The position numbers and the translations under genes were made by a program. From Fistulifera solaris (taxonomy: Eukaryota): 64,000 nucleotides of DNA. The notes under the pieces are model-generated. The model ran no database searches and was not told the DNA's origin. It saw only the letters and a list, made by a program, of their open reading frames with translations. The stretch covers positions 1 to 64,000 of the forward strand of contig AP026152.1 of NCBI GenBank assembly GCA_030295235.1. Direction: 5' to 3'. Below, piece by piece: positions 26,179 to 38,524 of the stretch. Each line of letters opens with the position of its first letter. The first letter of the stretch is position 1.

Positions 26179-26913
26179 CTATATGCGCGTCAATTGAAAC
26201 AATTGGCACCCCATCCACGGTCCCCACTGACACTCTGGAATAGCTCGTAATTCATCCGTCACATCCGAACTCCTCCAGCCGAATTCACCCAACCGTTGTA
26301 GAAATAAGGCGTGTGATTTCGCGCAACGTATTTGAACGCAAAGATACATGCACGCGTCCGGCTTGGCGAAATATTGCATCGTTTCCAGCAACGGTTGCAC
26401 TAACTCTGGCGAAAACAAGACGTCAGTCGCTACGAGTGTGTCAAAGCTATGAGCCGCTACTGACGAGATGACTGCATCTTCTTGATATTGTGTCCAGTCT
26501 AGTGCGCATACTGTGATACGCGAGTCCTGATGCAGTTGATTCATTGTTACGTTCTTGTGGACTTGAGCGACGACTTGGGCCGTGTCCGTCACTGTCACAT
26601 GGACGGAGTCATTTGCCAAAGCCAATCCCAGTCCTAGCAAGCCACAACCCGCGCCTAGTTCGAGAACAGTCTTTCCGACATTTACATTGGATAGCAGTAG
26701 AAAATTCAGTAACAAAACACTTGTTTCCCAGACGATTCCCCCCGTGTGCTGCTTTTGAACTTGACTATCTTGATGAATTTGTAGTGTTCGAGCTTTGTTA
26801 GGCAAGCGAAACATGACAACGGGGGTGTTGGCTAGTTCGAAGAAAGCGTCTGATACATCTTCTTCGGTGCAAACTCCTTTCAATACATCTTGAATGATTG
26901 TGCTGTTGCTCAT
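26179..26913 (-). CDS. Protein-lysine methyltransferase, METTL21/Methyltransf_16-like
   Basis: TGGIVWETS, VLELGAGCGLLG, TVTD, ALDW and ATDVLF. ATG at 26913; the upstream ORF extension lies in repeat DNA. Confidence 0.88.
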   Translation of the reverse strand: MSNSTIIQDVLKGVCTEEDVSDAFFELANTPVVMFRLPNKARTLQIHQDSQVQKQHTGGIVWETSVLLLNFLLLSNVNVGKTVLELGAGCGLLGLGLALANDSVHVTVTDTAQVVAQVHKNVTMNQLHQDSRITVCALDWTQYQEDAVISSVAAHSFDTLVATDVLFSPELVQPLLETMQYFAKPDACMYLCVQIRCAKSHALFLQRLGEFGWRSSDVTDELRAIPECQWGPWMGCQLFQLTRI

Positions 26914-26939
26914 TCTTCCGAAATATGAAGTGAAAAAAT

Positions 26940-28510
26940 TCTGGGTGGCGCCAGCAACAATTTTTCCGTCCCCAGATTTTGTGAGCGTAACTTTTCCACA
27001 TTCCCTGATTTTTTTGGGAGAGTGAAAATAGAACTGGTCCAGATTTTCTGGACCACGTGTAAACACCAGTCATCCAGATTTTCTGGTTGATTAAAAATAT
27101 TACAACTCCAGATTTTCTGGACCTAGTGCAAACAACAGACACCCAGATTTTCTGGGAGATTGAAATAGAACTGGTCCAGATTTTCTGGACCACGTGTAAA
27201 CACCAATCGTCCATATTTTCTGGAAAAATGAAAATAGATCTGGTCCAGATTTTCTGGACCACGTGTAATCACCAATCAGCCAGATTTTCTGGGAGAGTGA
27301 AAACACCACTTCCCCAAATTTTCTGGGAACGTGAAAATAGAACTGGTCCAGATTTTCTGGACCACGTGTAAACACCGATCATTCAGATTTTCTGGACCAC
27401 GTATAAACACCAGTCATCCAGATTTTCTGGTTACTTGAAAATACAACTGGTCCAGATTTTCTGGACCACCTGTAATCACCACACTCCCAGATCTTCTTGG
27501 AACATGAAAATAGAACTGGTCCAGATTTTCTGGACCAGTGTAAACACCACACCCCCAGATTTTTTGTAAGCATGAATTTTCCCACGTCTCCAGACTTTCT
27601 GGGAACGTGAAAGTAGAACTGGTCCAGATTCTCTGGAACACGTGTAAACACCGATCATTCAGATTTTCTGGACCACGTGTAAACACCGATCATTCAGATT
27701 TTCTGGACCACGTGTAATCACCACACTCCCTGATACAGATTTTCTGGACCACGTGTAAACACCAATCAGCCGGATTTCTGCAAACGTGAAATTTTCTGAT
27801 TTTCTGGGCGAGTGAAAATGCAAAATCTTGTCCAGAATTTCTGGACCAGTGTAAACACCACACCCCCAGATTTTTGTAAGCATGAATTTTCCCACTTCTC
27901 CAGACTTTCTGGGAACGTGAAAGTAGAACTGGTCCAGATTCTCTGGAACACGTGTAAACACCGATCATTCAGATTTTCTGGACCACGTGTAAACACCGAT
28001 CATTCAGATTTTCTGGACCACGTGTAATCACCACACTCCCTGATACAGATTTTCTGGACCACGTGTAAACACCAATCAGCCGGATTTCTGCAAACGTGAA
28101 ATTTTCTGATTTTCTGGGCGAGTGAAAATGCAAAATCTTGTCCAGAATTTCTGGACCAGTGTAAACACCACACCCCCAGATTTTTGTAAGCATGAATTTT
28201 CCCACTTCTCCAGACTTTCTGGGAACGTGAAAGTAGAACTGGTCCAGATTTTCTGGACCACGTGTAAACACCGATCATTCAGATTTTCTGGACCACGTGT
28301 AAACACCGATCATTCAGATTTTCTGGACCACGTGTAATCACCACACTCCTGATTTTCTGGGAACATGTTACATAGTCACACCCATTTTCACTGAAAATAG
28401 AACTGGCCCAGTTTTTCTGAACCACGTGTAAACACCAATCAGCCGGATTTCTGCAAACGTGAAATTTTCTCCAGAGTGAAAATACAACTTCTCCAGAATT
28501 TCTGGGGGTT
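26940..28510. repeat. Satellite family D: complex minisatellite with palindromic core TGGTCCAGATTTTCTGGACCA followed by CGTGTAAACACC, plus a 310-bp higher-order duplication
   Basis: Dozens of CAGATTTTCTGG cores; near-identical ORFs at 27659/27969 and 27812/28122 show the 310-bp period. Confidence 0.95.
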
Positions 28511-28634
28511 GATGACTGAGATGGCATGGCTGGGAGCAGAAAAATAATGACAACAACAAAAACCAAAACAAAAACGGAGCACAATAATGCAACGCAATGA
28601 GCGACTTTTGTTAATCTATTGTTTAATATGAAAT

Positions 28635-30227
28635 ATGAATCATGTAAATCCTTCTCAGGGGATCTCCTTTCGATGGTGGATAATAGCTTGGTCATGTTTT
28701 CTTGCCTCCGTTATGAATTTTGTTCGTTTGCATCCTGAAACGATGCGGATGCTCATTATTTTTAGTCGTCATCGCAATGTCTCATACACGACACAACAAT
28801 TCACCAACCATCGACGATTACAAAAACAACCCGCAGCAATAAAATCTCGACCGACAAGAATCTTGTATATTGTCACTAGTATGAATGAATACGATACGGG
28901 AAGGCGTTCGACGACGAAAGGTTACGATCGCTTTCAAAACACGATTTTGCCTGTATTGCAAGAATCCATGACGAGTATATGGCAGTGGCTGCTGCTGCAG
29001 CAGCAGCTATCGAATCAGCCATCAGCAACAAGACAACCGCACTTGCATTTGTACTTTGTGGCGCATTACAATGTGACTCGCATTGATTTGCTACAACAAT
29101 TGATACAGCGAGTCAAATACTCCAGTTCTGTTTCCCATCCTGAAAGTCTCATTACGTTCGATGTGTGGCATGAAGCCACGCCTTTGGGATATGCGTACGA
29201 CAACAACAAGTCACCGGATCGTATATCGGAAATTACCCGTGGTTTGGCGCGGCAACAACGGTACATTGTCAAGGATTTGTTGGAAGATTACGACATGGTA
29301 GTCGCGTTTGAAGATGATATGTTAGTACACGGCAGTGCTTTAGAACATTACTGGACATGGACGCAAAAACTGTATCAAGGACGGCACGGGGCAACGAAAG
29401 AAGCGAATTATACTGTCCAAGAGGCGTTAACACGATTTCATGGGGACATGACTCTGATACAATGGCAGCGCATGATACCTGGGTTTATGCGCGTCGAGGC
29501 GCCTCTCGCGGACTTTGTTCCGACCACCAACAATCTCTATTCGCAAATTCCGCTCAATTACTCCTGGGATGATAGGACCGAGCGACACATTGATCCGTCT
29601 TTGTGTTGTCATACAACTTGGGACGAAAGCGTGACACGCAGTCCTTCCCATCCCCAAGATTTGTATTTCTGGGAAACGTCGATCGATGTCTTGGGGATTC
29701 GGCAGCTACCGACTGAGGAATGGGTACTATTGTTGGCAGGGAACAATGATGCCTTGTATCCGAAACCGGAATACATCATTGGTGATTACTATCCGCAGGA
29801 TTATTACAACAATACACCCCGCCCCGAGCGGACCAAAAGTCGATACATGAGCAATCAAGGCGGATGGATGGGAACACGGCATCAAATAGTCGAGTGGCAT
29901 ACGCATTGGTGTCACGGGGGCTTCTTGCCTCCGTTTCTAGCACCCTATCACAAGTACGATGGGTTGCATTTACAAACTGTCGAATACTGGAGTGGCGGAG
30001 GACAGCTCGTGGGGCCACATGCGTGTCACTTGCAGCGCGTCATTCCCCTGGAACCGGCTGAATTCAGTCGATCCTTGCTGTATCATACAAGCAACAACAA
30101 GCAGCGCTCACCCAATGTGCGACATAAATTTTCAAGTCGAACGATCGACGAATTTTGGGCCCAATTAAATACAATCCGCCAGCGTGCTATTCGAGTTATG
30201 GAGGGAAAGGAAGAAAGGACTGTCTGA
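28635..30227 (+). CDS. Type II membrane protein, possible GT-A glycosyltransferase-like
   Basis: 530-aa intact ORF; N-terminal TM helix; DxD-like VAFEDDMLV; NQGGWM motif. Confidence 0.65.
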   Translation: MNHVNPSQGISFRWWIIAWSCFLASVMNFVRLHPETMRMLIIFSRHRNVSYTTQQFTNHRRLQKQPAAIKSRPTRILYIVTSMNEYDTGRRSTTKGYDRFQNTILPVLQESMTSIWQWLLLQQQLSNQPSATRQPHLHLYFVAHYNVTRIDLLQQLIQRVKYSSSVSHPESLITFDVWHEATPLGYAYDNNKSPDRISEITRGLARQQRYIVKDLLEDYDMVVAFEDDMLVHGSALEHYWTWTQKLYQGRHGATKEANYTVQEALTRFHGDMTLIQWQRMIPGFMRVEAPLADFVPTTNNLYSQIPLNYSWDDRTERHIDPSLCCHTTWDESVTRSPSHPQDLYFWETSIDVLGIRQLPTEEWVLLLAGNNDALYPKPEYIIGDYYPQDYYNNTPRPERTKSRYMSNQGGWMGTRHQIVEWHTHWCHGGFLPPFLAPYHKYDGLHLQTVEYWSGGGQLVGPHACHLQRVIPLEPAEFSRSLLYHTSNNKQRSPNVRHKFSSRTIDEFWAQLNTIRQRAIRVMEGKEERTV

Positions 30228-30784
30228 TTGAATAAATAAAAGCGTTTTGAATCATTGCAAGACGTCACAATTGGTATAACCGTGGTCTTCAGCTTGCATT
30301 CGTTTGAAGAAAGGGTTGTCAAGACTATACTTTTGTTATGATCACGGCGCCAGCGGTCGATGATTTGTAGTAGCTGTTTCAATCATTACTATGATGTGGT
30401 GAGCCTACTTTGAAGAACGTTGGTGAAACCCCGAAAAAAACCTGTGCAAATCAATAGCGGCTTTCGTTATCTTTCGCTTAACCTTAGTTACCGGTACCGG
30501 AGGCATGGAGGCCTACTTCAAAGACAATACACTGTATACCGAGCAGACATCAGCACGTTTTTTCTTGTACCTCTTTGTTTTTGGCTAGACTTTTGGCCGT
30601 GGCGGTGGCAGGTGGCGGTTGGCGGTCATTCCTCTACTTATGGCAATGAAGATGGAGATGGACGACGAGTTTTGGACGCTAAAACATAACTACCTGGTAT
30701 TACCTATTAAGTTACAAGAAATGAACTGGAAAGCAACACTTCGACGAAGAATGAATAGACGTTTGCCGTTTGACGCAGTTAGAA

Positions 30785-31900
30785 CTATCGTTGCTCTGGT
30801 TCCGTAGGATCGAATCCCTGTTGCGATGATTCGCCCGACCTTTCCGATTGCGTGCCGAGCAAATACTGCAAAAGCAATGCTCGTCGCTGAGTCAGCATGT
30901 CAACAGTTGTCGGTTGTTGCAGTAGTTGCTGTCCGAGAAGATTGTTGCGTTGCAACGCGGCCGCGACACGTAGATTATCGAGAGACGAAGGGACACTGGT
31001 TGCTAGAAACGGATCCAGTGACATGGAATGCAGTTGCCGTTGAGGGATCGAGGAACTTAAGGAATGAGAAACCGACAAAGGAAGATTGTTACGTGTGCTT
31101 TGATGTAATAGAGCAGCCATGAGGTCACTTGTTAGTGCGTTCGACGGATGTTCTGGGAAGATTCCTGATGGTTGTGAAAAGTAGGGGCGCAACATATGAG
31201 AAGCTGATTCTTCGACCCTATTCCAGTTCCCGGGAGTTGCAATCGACTGATTCGTCAACAGAGCTGCTACGGGAGACATCGCTTGGTCGAAATTCAGACT
31301 TGTTGGCTGTCGCAGTGCCTCCTGCAGTTGGAAGAGCGATAACAGCGACTCGTACGAGTTGGCCTGTGCATTCGGTATCGAAATATCACGCGCTTGCGAT
31401 ACAGATACGCCGCTGTGGTGACTACTCTCGCTAATGGTTACTGCATGTTGATCGAAGTTGACATCGGATTTCTGATTCGCAGATTGCTGATTTTGTAATA
31501 TGGAACTAAAGTCGGGGTCTTGTTGTGGCCTCCAAGCAGCAGGTTTTGCGTCACTTGGAATACGTCGCATCATCTCTAAGAGTTCCGGTTGATCGCGCCG
31601 AAAATGTTCGTGGTAGTACGTTTTCTGATCGTCGCCTCTCCGCCGAACGCGAGAAAATCCGTAAAGATTCAATTGCCTTTGAAAAGATGCGAACATATGG
31701 TGCTGAAAGTACAAGGGTAGGACCTGATCAACTAAAGCTTTCCGATCATGGATGGCAAAAGATAAGCCGTGTGGTTGCCAATTGCATATGTGGGCGTATC
31801 CTTTCGAATCGGCGGAAGTCAGCATTTCATGAAGTAGCTTGGGAAACTGAGACGGAAATCCGTTTTTGGCTTGTTTCGGTGCATTTTCTCTTGAGCTCAT
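30785..31900 (-). CDS. HSF: Heat shock transcription factor (HSF DNA-binding domain)
   Basis: FPKLLHEML..WQPHGLSFAIH..LPLYF..FASFQRQLNLYGFSR..YYHEHFRRD, followed by a Q/S-rich tail. Confidence 0.93.
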   Translation of the reverse strand: MSSRENAPKQAKNGFPSQFPKLLHEMLTSADSKGYAHICNWQPHGLSFAIHDRKALVDQVLPLYFQHHMFASFQRQLNLYGFSRVRRRGDDQKTYYHEHFRRDQPELLEMMRRIPSDAKPAAWRPQQDPDFSSILQNQQSANQKSDVNFDQHAVTISESSHHSGVSVSQARDISIPNAQANSYESLLSLFQLQEALRQPTSLNFDQAMSPVAALLTNQSIATPGNWNRVEESASHMLRPYFSQPSGIFPEHPSNALTSDLMAALLHQSTRNNLPLSVSHSLSSSIPQRQLHSMSLDPFLATSVPSSLDNLRVAAALQRNNLLGQQLLQQPTTVDMLTQRRALLLQYLLGTQSERSGESSQQGFDPTEPEQR

Positions 31901-33502
31901 GTATGCAAGTAATTTTGCCAACACAAGAAATGTGGCATTGGCCTATTCAACCATTGATTTTTCGTATGAAAACGAGAAATGAGATCGATCTCCAAAGTTC
32001 GGCTTTACCTTTGATCGTTTGAACGCTTTACGCTTTACACGCTTGGTTGTCTGTTGTCTACCACGTAGCAGCGAATAATTACTGAGGAACCTGTCCTTGG
32101 AAGTTGTTCCTCAGAAATCTGGCACAGTAGTCTAAAGTAGCTCACGCGTATTACGGAACCAAAGGAACAATCGTTGATGAATTCTTTCGATTCTTTACTC
32201 AGACATTAGTACTGCTAAAACAAGCACGTTCTCGTGTTCTCGGTTCCTTGTTTCTTACTCCGTAGTTCTTTGTCTTCCGTCTTCTGTCTTCTTTCTGCAT
32301 TTTCCTTCTTGTTAGTGGATACTGAATGTACGTTCCGAGTACAGTAAGTCGTAAGTCATTGTGACTACTCATGACTCATGACTCATGACTCGCGACAACA
32401 AAGCAGTCGGAAATCGGAAAACTCTCTCGTCCACATATAGTCTTTAGTGGTACACTTCAATTCTATCGTTCATTTGGGAAACAAAACCAATAGAACTTGT
32501 TGCTGGTGCTTTATGGATTATCGATGATCCAGAATCCATGTAGGATACAAAAACAGGTGCAGGGACGTTGTGCTATAGAAATTTCAGATTAAATCATAAA
32601 GGAAACGTCGACAGAGAAGTTGCCATGGATCTAATTTAAATATCGGAATTCTCTACCAATGCATCGTCAAGCTAGGTGCATCAGTGTAGCAGGTCATGCT
32701 TTATTTTCACTAGGCTTGAGAATGATCAATTCTGTCAAAAGAACATGAGATAGACTCTTGCGCATCGTAATCTGACAATATAGTACACCTTACCTGGTAT
32801 CGCTCTTGCTCGTCGAGGCAGTTGATGGTTGATGCTGCATGCTGGCAACGGCCAAGGCCAGAATACTCATAAGGATTAGCCATTAGCCAGTAGCCATAGG
32901 TTAGGTCGACGGCGGACGGCAGACGGCGGCATTTTACCGATATACATTCTAGCTACCTTGTAGGGGCTATACTGCACTGCAGAGTGTCTCACGTCTCACC
33001 GCTCACCGCTTATCGTAGGCCACAGTACTTATCAAAAACGGGTTTGCTACTTGTCCACCTGGAGGCCTGGAGGGGCAATGGTCCACGACGGTTGTGCCCT
33101 GTTTTGGATGTCTGATCCATTAAAGTAGGTCTATTGTTAATAAATGGGAACGCTTGTAAGTCGGATGGGAGGGATTGGTTTCCATACAATTGGGAAGTTG
33201 CATTCGTCGTCCGCGTTTCGTTATTATCAAAAAAGTGTAGGGCCAGATCGACCTGAATTCTATTGCCCTTGACCTAGTGACAAAAAGTTTTATAAGTAAA
33301 TAATGATGCTGTCGCGCCCAATGTACTATTTCTTATAGGAACAAGATTGGACCAGGGAAATCACGATCACAGAGATCGAGAAGTCTTCACACTTTTCAAC
33401 CTCCGCCATTTTTCTTTCGACAAAGTAAACGATCGAGCAGCCTCCTTGTTCGACATACTTCATAATTATCAAAGCAAAAAGCACATTCATAAGCAATCGA
33501 AA

Positions 33503-34924
33503 ATGTTCCGCACAGCCCTTGTTGGATTCCTTGCCTTGGCGACTGCTTCGGCGGATCCGGTACGTTCGTTTGTTTCAAGTAGAAAGATCTCTTTGAAATG
33601 ATGATTATATTGCCAACATTCGCTCATTAAATCTTCAGTCTTTCCACAGCCGTCAATTACTAACCGTTGATGGTACTTACAACTCGAATGAAGTCGCTAA
33701 TGCTGCTAGTCTTCCCATGTACACGGCCGGAAACAGCAAGAAAAGCGTCATCGGTAATGCGTATTACGAACTCGATTGCGCGAGCTCGACTATGTGCGTC
33801 TCGGTTGTTTTGAACAAGGGATACAAACTCGAACAAACACTTGATAACATCTGGGTCAAAGACGCGAACCATCCTACTTCTACCAATCTCAAATACGAGA
33901 CCAAGTCTTTCTCTTACTTTAAAGACGGAACTCAGGGATGGGAAGGTTGCTTTGTTCTTCCGGCTTCGGAATCGGGTGATCGTTTGCTCGAATTCCATTC
34001 CAACTACGATAAAGGTGAAACGATGTCGACCGGAAAGCTCGCACAGGGTGCTGGGAAAGCCATCAACTTGTGCCCGGCCAACTTGGTCGGCGAACCGGAA
34101 GTCGTTCCGACCGATCCCAAGGATACCCCGTTGTCTCCGGGTAACACCGAAGGCACCGGAGTGGACCCATCGACTCCCCGAGAAGGTGGTTCCTTCGGAG
34201 ACCCCCACGTCAAAACATGGACCGGTCACGTCTTTGATTTCCACGGTGCTTGTGATATTGTGTTGGCGCACGTCCCCGCCTTTAACAATGAACAAGGCCT
34301 CGATTTGCACGTCCGCATGACGATGCGCGATGACTGGAGTTACATTAGTGAAGCCGCTCTCAAAATTGGTAATGATGTTTTGCAAGTCGGAACCAACGCC
34401 GAGTACTACTTGAATGGTGTCAAATCGGCCGCCTTGCCTTTGACAGTTGGTGGCTTTGCCGTCAAGGTCGTCCACAAGACCGAAAAGACTCACCGCTTCG
34501 ACATTGACTTGAAAGAGCAGGGCAAGATTCGCATCAAGGTTTACAATGAATTCTTGGGAGTCAACTTCCAAAAGGCCGGTAGCGACTTCCAACACGCCAC
34601 GGGTATCATGGGTGAATTCGAGACGGGTGCCTTGTTGAGCCGCAACGGCCAAGTCGTTGCGGATACCAACGTGTACGGACAGGAATGGCAAGTGCACGAC
34701 GATGAACTTCAATTGTTCCAAGAAAAGAAAGGACCTCAATACCCGGAGGCTTGTGAGATGCCGGTCCCCAAGGAACTCTCTCAGCGACGACTCGCCGAGT
34801 CGATGGTCTCCTTTGAAGACGCGGCCAAGGCCTGTGCGGATTGGGACATGGAATCCAAGGAAGCCTGCATATATGATGTCATGGCGACCGGTGATTTGAA
34901 ATGGCGCAAGGCGGTGCCATGTAA
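33503..34924 (+). CDS. Secreted von Willebrand factor type D (VWD) domain protein
   Basis: Signal peptide MFRTALVGFLALATASA; intron 33560-33649; GDPHVKTWTGHVFDFHGACDIVL; frameshift-corrected end ACIYDVMATGDLEMAQGGAM*. Confidence 0.88.
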
Positions 34925-35094
34925 ATGGTCTGACACCTTCTGGCCTCGAAATAAACGAGATAACAGAGCGAACCTCTCGCATTGTAACAATACTACTAGA
35001 TAAGAACTTTAATAATTGAATTGAAACGCATAATTGCATACAGCACTTTTGGTTCAAATGACTGACGTTGATGTGCGGCCAAATCCATAGCCTT

Positions 35095-36626
35095 CTAAAT
35101 TCTTCTCCGTTTCGGCACAGTGGTCTGGTGAGTCGACTGGTGACGGTCATTGCGTACTAAATGCTCATCATTCAATCCTGCGAATCGCACTAACTCGCAC
35201 AAGACATCGACATGATCGGACAACAACAGCGAAGAACGCTGAAAGTCCTCCGAAGCCATTTCCATCAGGGTGGTCATCACCAGCGATGATCGCTCCGTCA
35301 GTGGCTCGGCCACTAGATTCGCGGAGCCATTATAAAAGTGGTTCAATGAGTAGAGATCCTCAATAGAATCATTGGCAAAGCAATTTGGCCCGTTCGGATT
35401 AACCACTGTGAATTTCCTGTCGTGCAAGAGCAACTGTCGCAGATATATAAAATCGGGACCGAAGGATAATTCCTCATCATGTACAATTAATGCGAATTCA
35501 GTAAGTTCCTTGTGTGCTTTGAAAGCTTTGAGAAGCGTCGCCGAATGAGGTTCCCAGTAAAATAGCAGCGATTCAGGACAAAGTCGGAACACCTTCATGT
35601 TAGAATTGGCGAGTACAGCGCGAATTAGTTCTTGCACGACACTGTCGGGCACCGGAAAATAATATTCATCGTGGTCTGAATCAATATTTATACTCAGTTC
35701 CACAAAATGGCCCAAAGCCGCCACACCACGAAAGAACGAAAGCAAACACTCTGGAGGAATGATTCCACCCTCATGATACACATCGAGATACAGTTTCTTC
35801 GCCACAATGTTCAAAGATTGAAAATCAGCTTCCAGAAACGATTCGAAAGAAATCCTGTAATCGAGGGAGTCCAACTGCATAGAAAAAGGCAATAGAGCAA
35901 GCTCAGTCTTGAGGCGAGGCAGTTTCAAATGCTCTATCTTGTCCGATTGAAAAAGGCGTTGCAGATTTCCGTCGCTAATCGCAGGCGACCATGCAAACTC
36001 CAGCGATCCGAAAGATGATTCGCGACTTAGCAAGTGATCCACAAATGCAGTACACCCATCTTGAACCGTACAGCTCCATAGAGACAATTTAACGCTGTGG
36101 GATCTCGTTGTCAAGAAAACAGACTGTTCAATACTCAATATCATATGTTCAAGGTGCAGCTCTCGAGTAGGGTCTATCTCAAAAAGCGTTTGAAAAATTG
36201 GGACCTGGCAGAGCGAAAGTCAAAATCATTTCTGTTGCTGGGTATAACCAGAAGTTTACGTTCCTCTTTCTTTTCAGCCAAGCTCATAAAGAAGGTAGCC
36301 GTTTCCGTGATTGCATGCTTTCTTTCTCCAGTAATCCATAATTTTAAAAAATGATAACCATAGAATTCCAAGGAAAGGGAACCTCGTTCATCTTTCGGTG
36401 TGTCGTAATATCCTTCTGTTCTTATGTAGGTAAAGGTGTTATTTTCACGCCAGATAGCCAAAGGGTGTCGGTACTTGTTAATCTCTTCGAGGTTGACAGG
36501 TTTGCGAAGGAACCGGAACGTCGCTGATTCACGTGAGTTTTTCCAGCGAGCCACGTGTTCGGGCTTGCGGAGGAACGAAGGAATGACTTCAAATAAAGCG
36601 TCGGCTTTGCTGTAATCGTTTTCCAT
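35095..36626 (-). CDS. Hypothetical RNI/LRR-like protein of a lineage-expanded diatom family
   Basis: Two ORFs (36174-36626 and 35095-36144) joined across a frameshift; leucine-periodic segments. The C-terminal 'LNHFYNGSANLV..ERSSLV..FQRSSLLLSDH' resembles, from memory, a Fistulifera family. Confidence 0.7.
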
Positions 36627-36759
36627 GGTTTGCGTCGCAACAACTTGAATTCTCCGAGTAGAAGGTATTAGTCTACGGAGTAAAAGTTAATCAAACACAG
36701 GAAAATGGATGTAATGGTGCGATGGATGTGAGATGATTACGAATGTCGTGATACGGAAC

Positions 36760-37350
36760 ACAAACTCCGGGTACCTCCGACATCGAAAAATATCCTACGG
36801 CGGCTACGTAAATCAGGCGTAGACACTGCAAGATAGTATCTTTCTACTGCTTCATGTTGTAATGTCAAATCAGGTTCGGTTGTTAGTTCATGGCATGCAT
36901 TTTCTAGCGATGTAGGACAAAGTTTTGCTGTCATTGGTGTCCAAAAGACGCGACCAATGGTGTGAGCAAAATGAGAAAATATCCGGGTTCCCCTCTGTCG
37001 ATAAATTTCCCTACGAGAGCTACGTGAAATTACGTAGACATTCGAAGCGTTGCATTGTTCATTCCATCAACCTTTTGTTTTCGAATCGATGACGAATATT
37101 GCTTTATGATACATAGCAAACATGTTGGACAAGGATAGGCCGATATCTGTGCACGGTAAATCTAAACATTGGATGATGTCGTATTGTTCAATCTCCGGGT
37201 ACCCCTGCAGAGATAAATTTCCTACGGCGGCTACGTACATTACTCGTAGACACTGGAAGCGTCGTATCTTTCTACTATTTCATGTATCCATATCAAACCA
37301 AAGTCTGTTATCGTTTCATGGCATTGCATTGCGACATTGGACATACTATT
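36760..37350. repeat. Second, diverged locus of satellite family A (about three ~212-bp subunits)
   Basis: TCTCCGGGTACCCCTGCAGAGATAAATTTCC at ~37192 matches ~1475; CCCCTCTGTCGATAAATTTCC..GAGAGCTACGTGAAATT at ~36990 matches ~1697. Confidence 0.9.
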
Positions 37351-38013
37351 TTTGACACAAGTCTTGGTCTAGCAAATAAATGTTTGTGAGATACTACTAT
37401 AATACGACCCAGGACTGAATGAAGTCTTGGAAACTCGACACTTTGTGCTCTAGTTGAGACTTTAGAGAACGTTTTCCAAGGCTCGTCTACGTTAAAATAG
37501 TGACATGCAAGGCAACACTGCTAAAAAACTTTTGCATTGCAGTAATTACAAATGGAGGGATTTGGACCAAAGAACGAATTGTAGGCAGCACTGTCGCTCG
37601 AAAGAATATTGACTCATGACTAAATTACAGTCGTGGATGCGTTGAGCTTACATTGTGGACTATACTGTAGTAGATACGGTTGTCCTTACTTTGAAGCCTA
37701 ATAATTCTGGAAATTTTTTCGGAACTGAAACCAATCAAGTCAGAGAAAAGTGATAATGATTAATGATGATTCATCGGTGTCTAGGTCTGCTGCTGGGAGG
37801 TTTTTGGTTCTCACTTCTCACCCTAAGTGGGGCTCGATTCGAGGTTTTATCTTAGCGGTACCTAAAAGATACCATCGCATTTTTCTTCAAAAAGTTTCGT
37901 GCACAGTGCACAGCAAGGTGACTAGACCGAGACAACCCTCACTGCAGTTTTCTTGGTTTTATGTGTCCACATTCACCGAACGCTTTGATCAATTGACGAT
38001 CGTTGAAGACAAA

Positions 38014-38524
38014 ATGGGAAAATCCCTGGGGAAAATTCTGGTGTTTGCTTTAGTGGGTGAGTGCTTCTATAAATTCCTCTTTTTTCAACCCTGTCGCATG
38101 GTCTCATCTTGATTCATATCATGACACCCCCAAAGGCCTATCGACGGCCCTCTTTGATCGCCATCTTCAAATTTGTAATCGCGGTGGGAGAGGTGTCAGC
38201 TGCGATTGCGTCGCACCCGTCGGCAAAGGGAATTGCTTAGACGCGTCCCAGAAAGCGTACAACCGCTGCGTCAAGGCCGATAATACCCTGACGTTGCAAA
38301 AGTGTAAGGAACGAGCGGAGAGTATTTCGAACCAGAAGCTTCGCGGAATCGTATTCGCGGATTTCAAAGACAATCGAGCGTGCTCCATTCTCTTTGATGT
38401 GGGCGTTGATTTAGAAAATAATTGTCCGACAGATTTCAACAAGGTTACTGGATTTTTGGGAAGCGGCCGAGTCAATTCTGCGGACAACTCGTCTGCCGAA
38501 ATAACCTGCTGCCGATGCGAATAA
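38014..38524 (+). CDS. Small secreted cysteine-rich protein
   Basis: Signal peptide exon; intron 38057-38135; RHLQ propeptide-like motif; Cys-rich mature region ending ITCCRCE*. Confidence 0.72.

Noticed and set aside
26940..28510. CRISPR-like look: palindromic constant repeat with variable intervening sequence
   Set aside because: The intervening segments are themselves repeated and irregular in length, there are no cas genes, and the context is a eukaryotic chromosome; this is a minisatellite.
33660..35150. 496-aa minus-strand ORF
   Set aside because: Antisense shadow of the codon-biased VWD gene, with no recognisable motifs.
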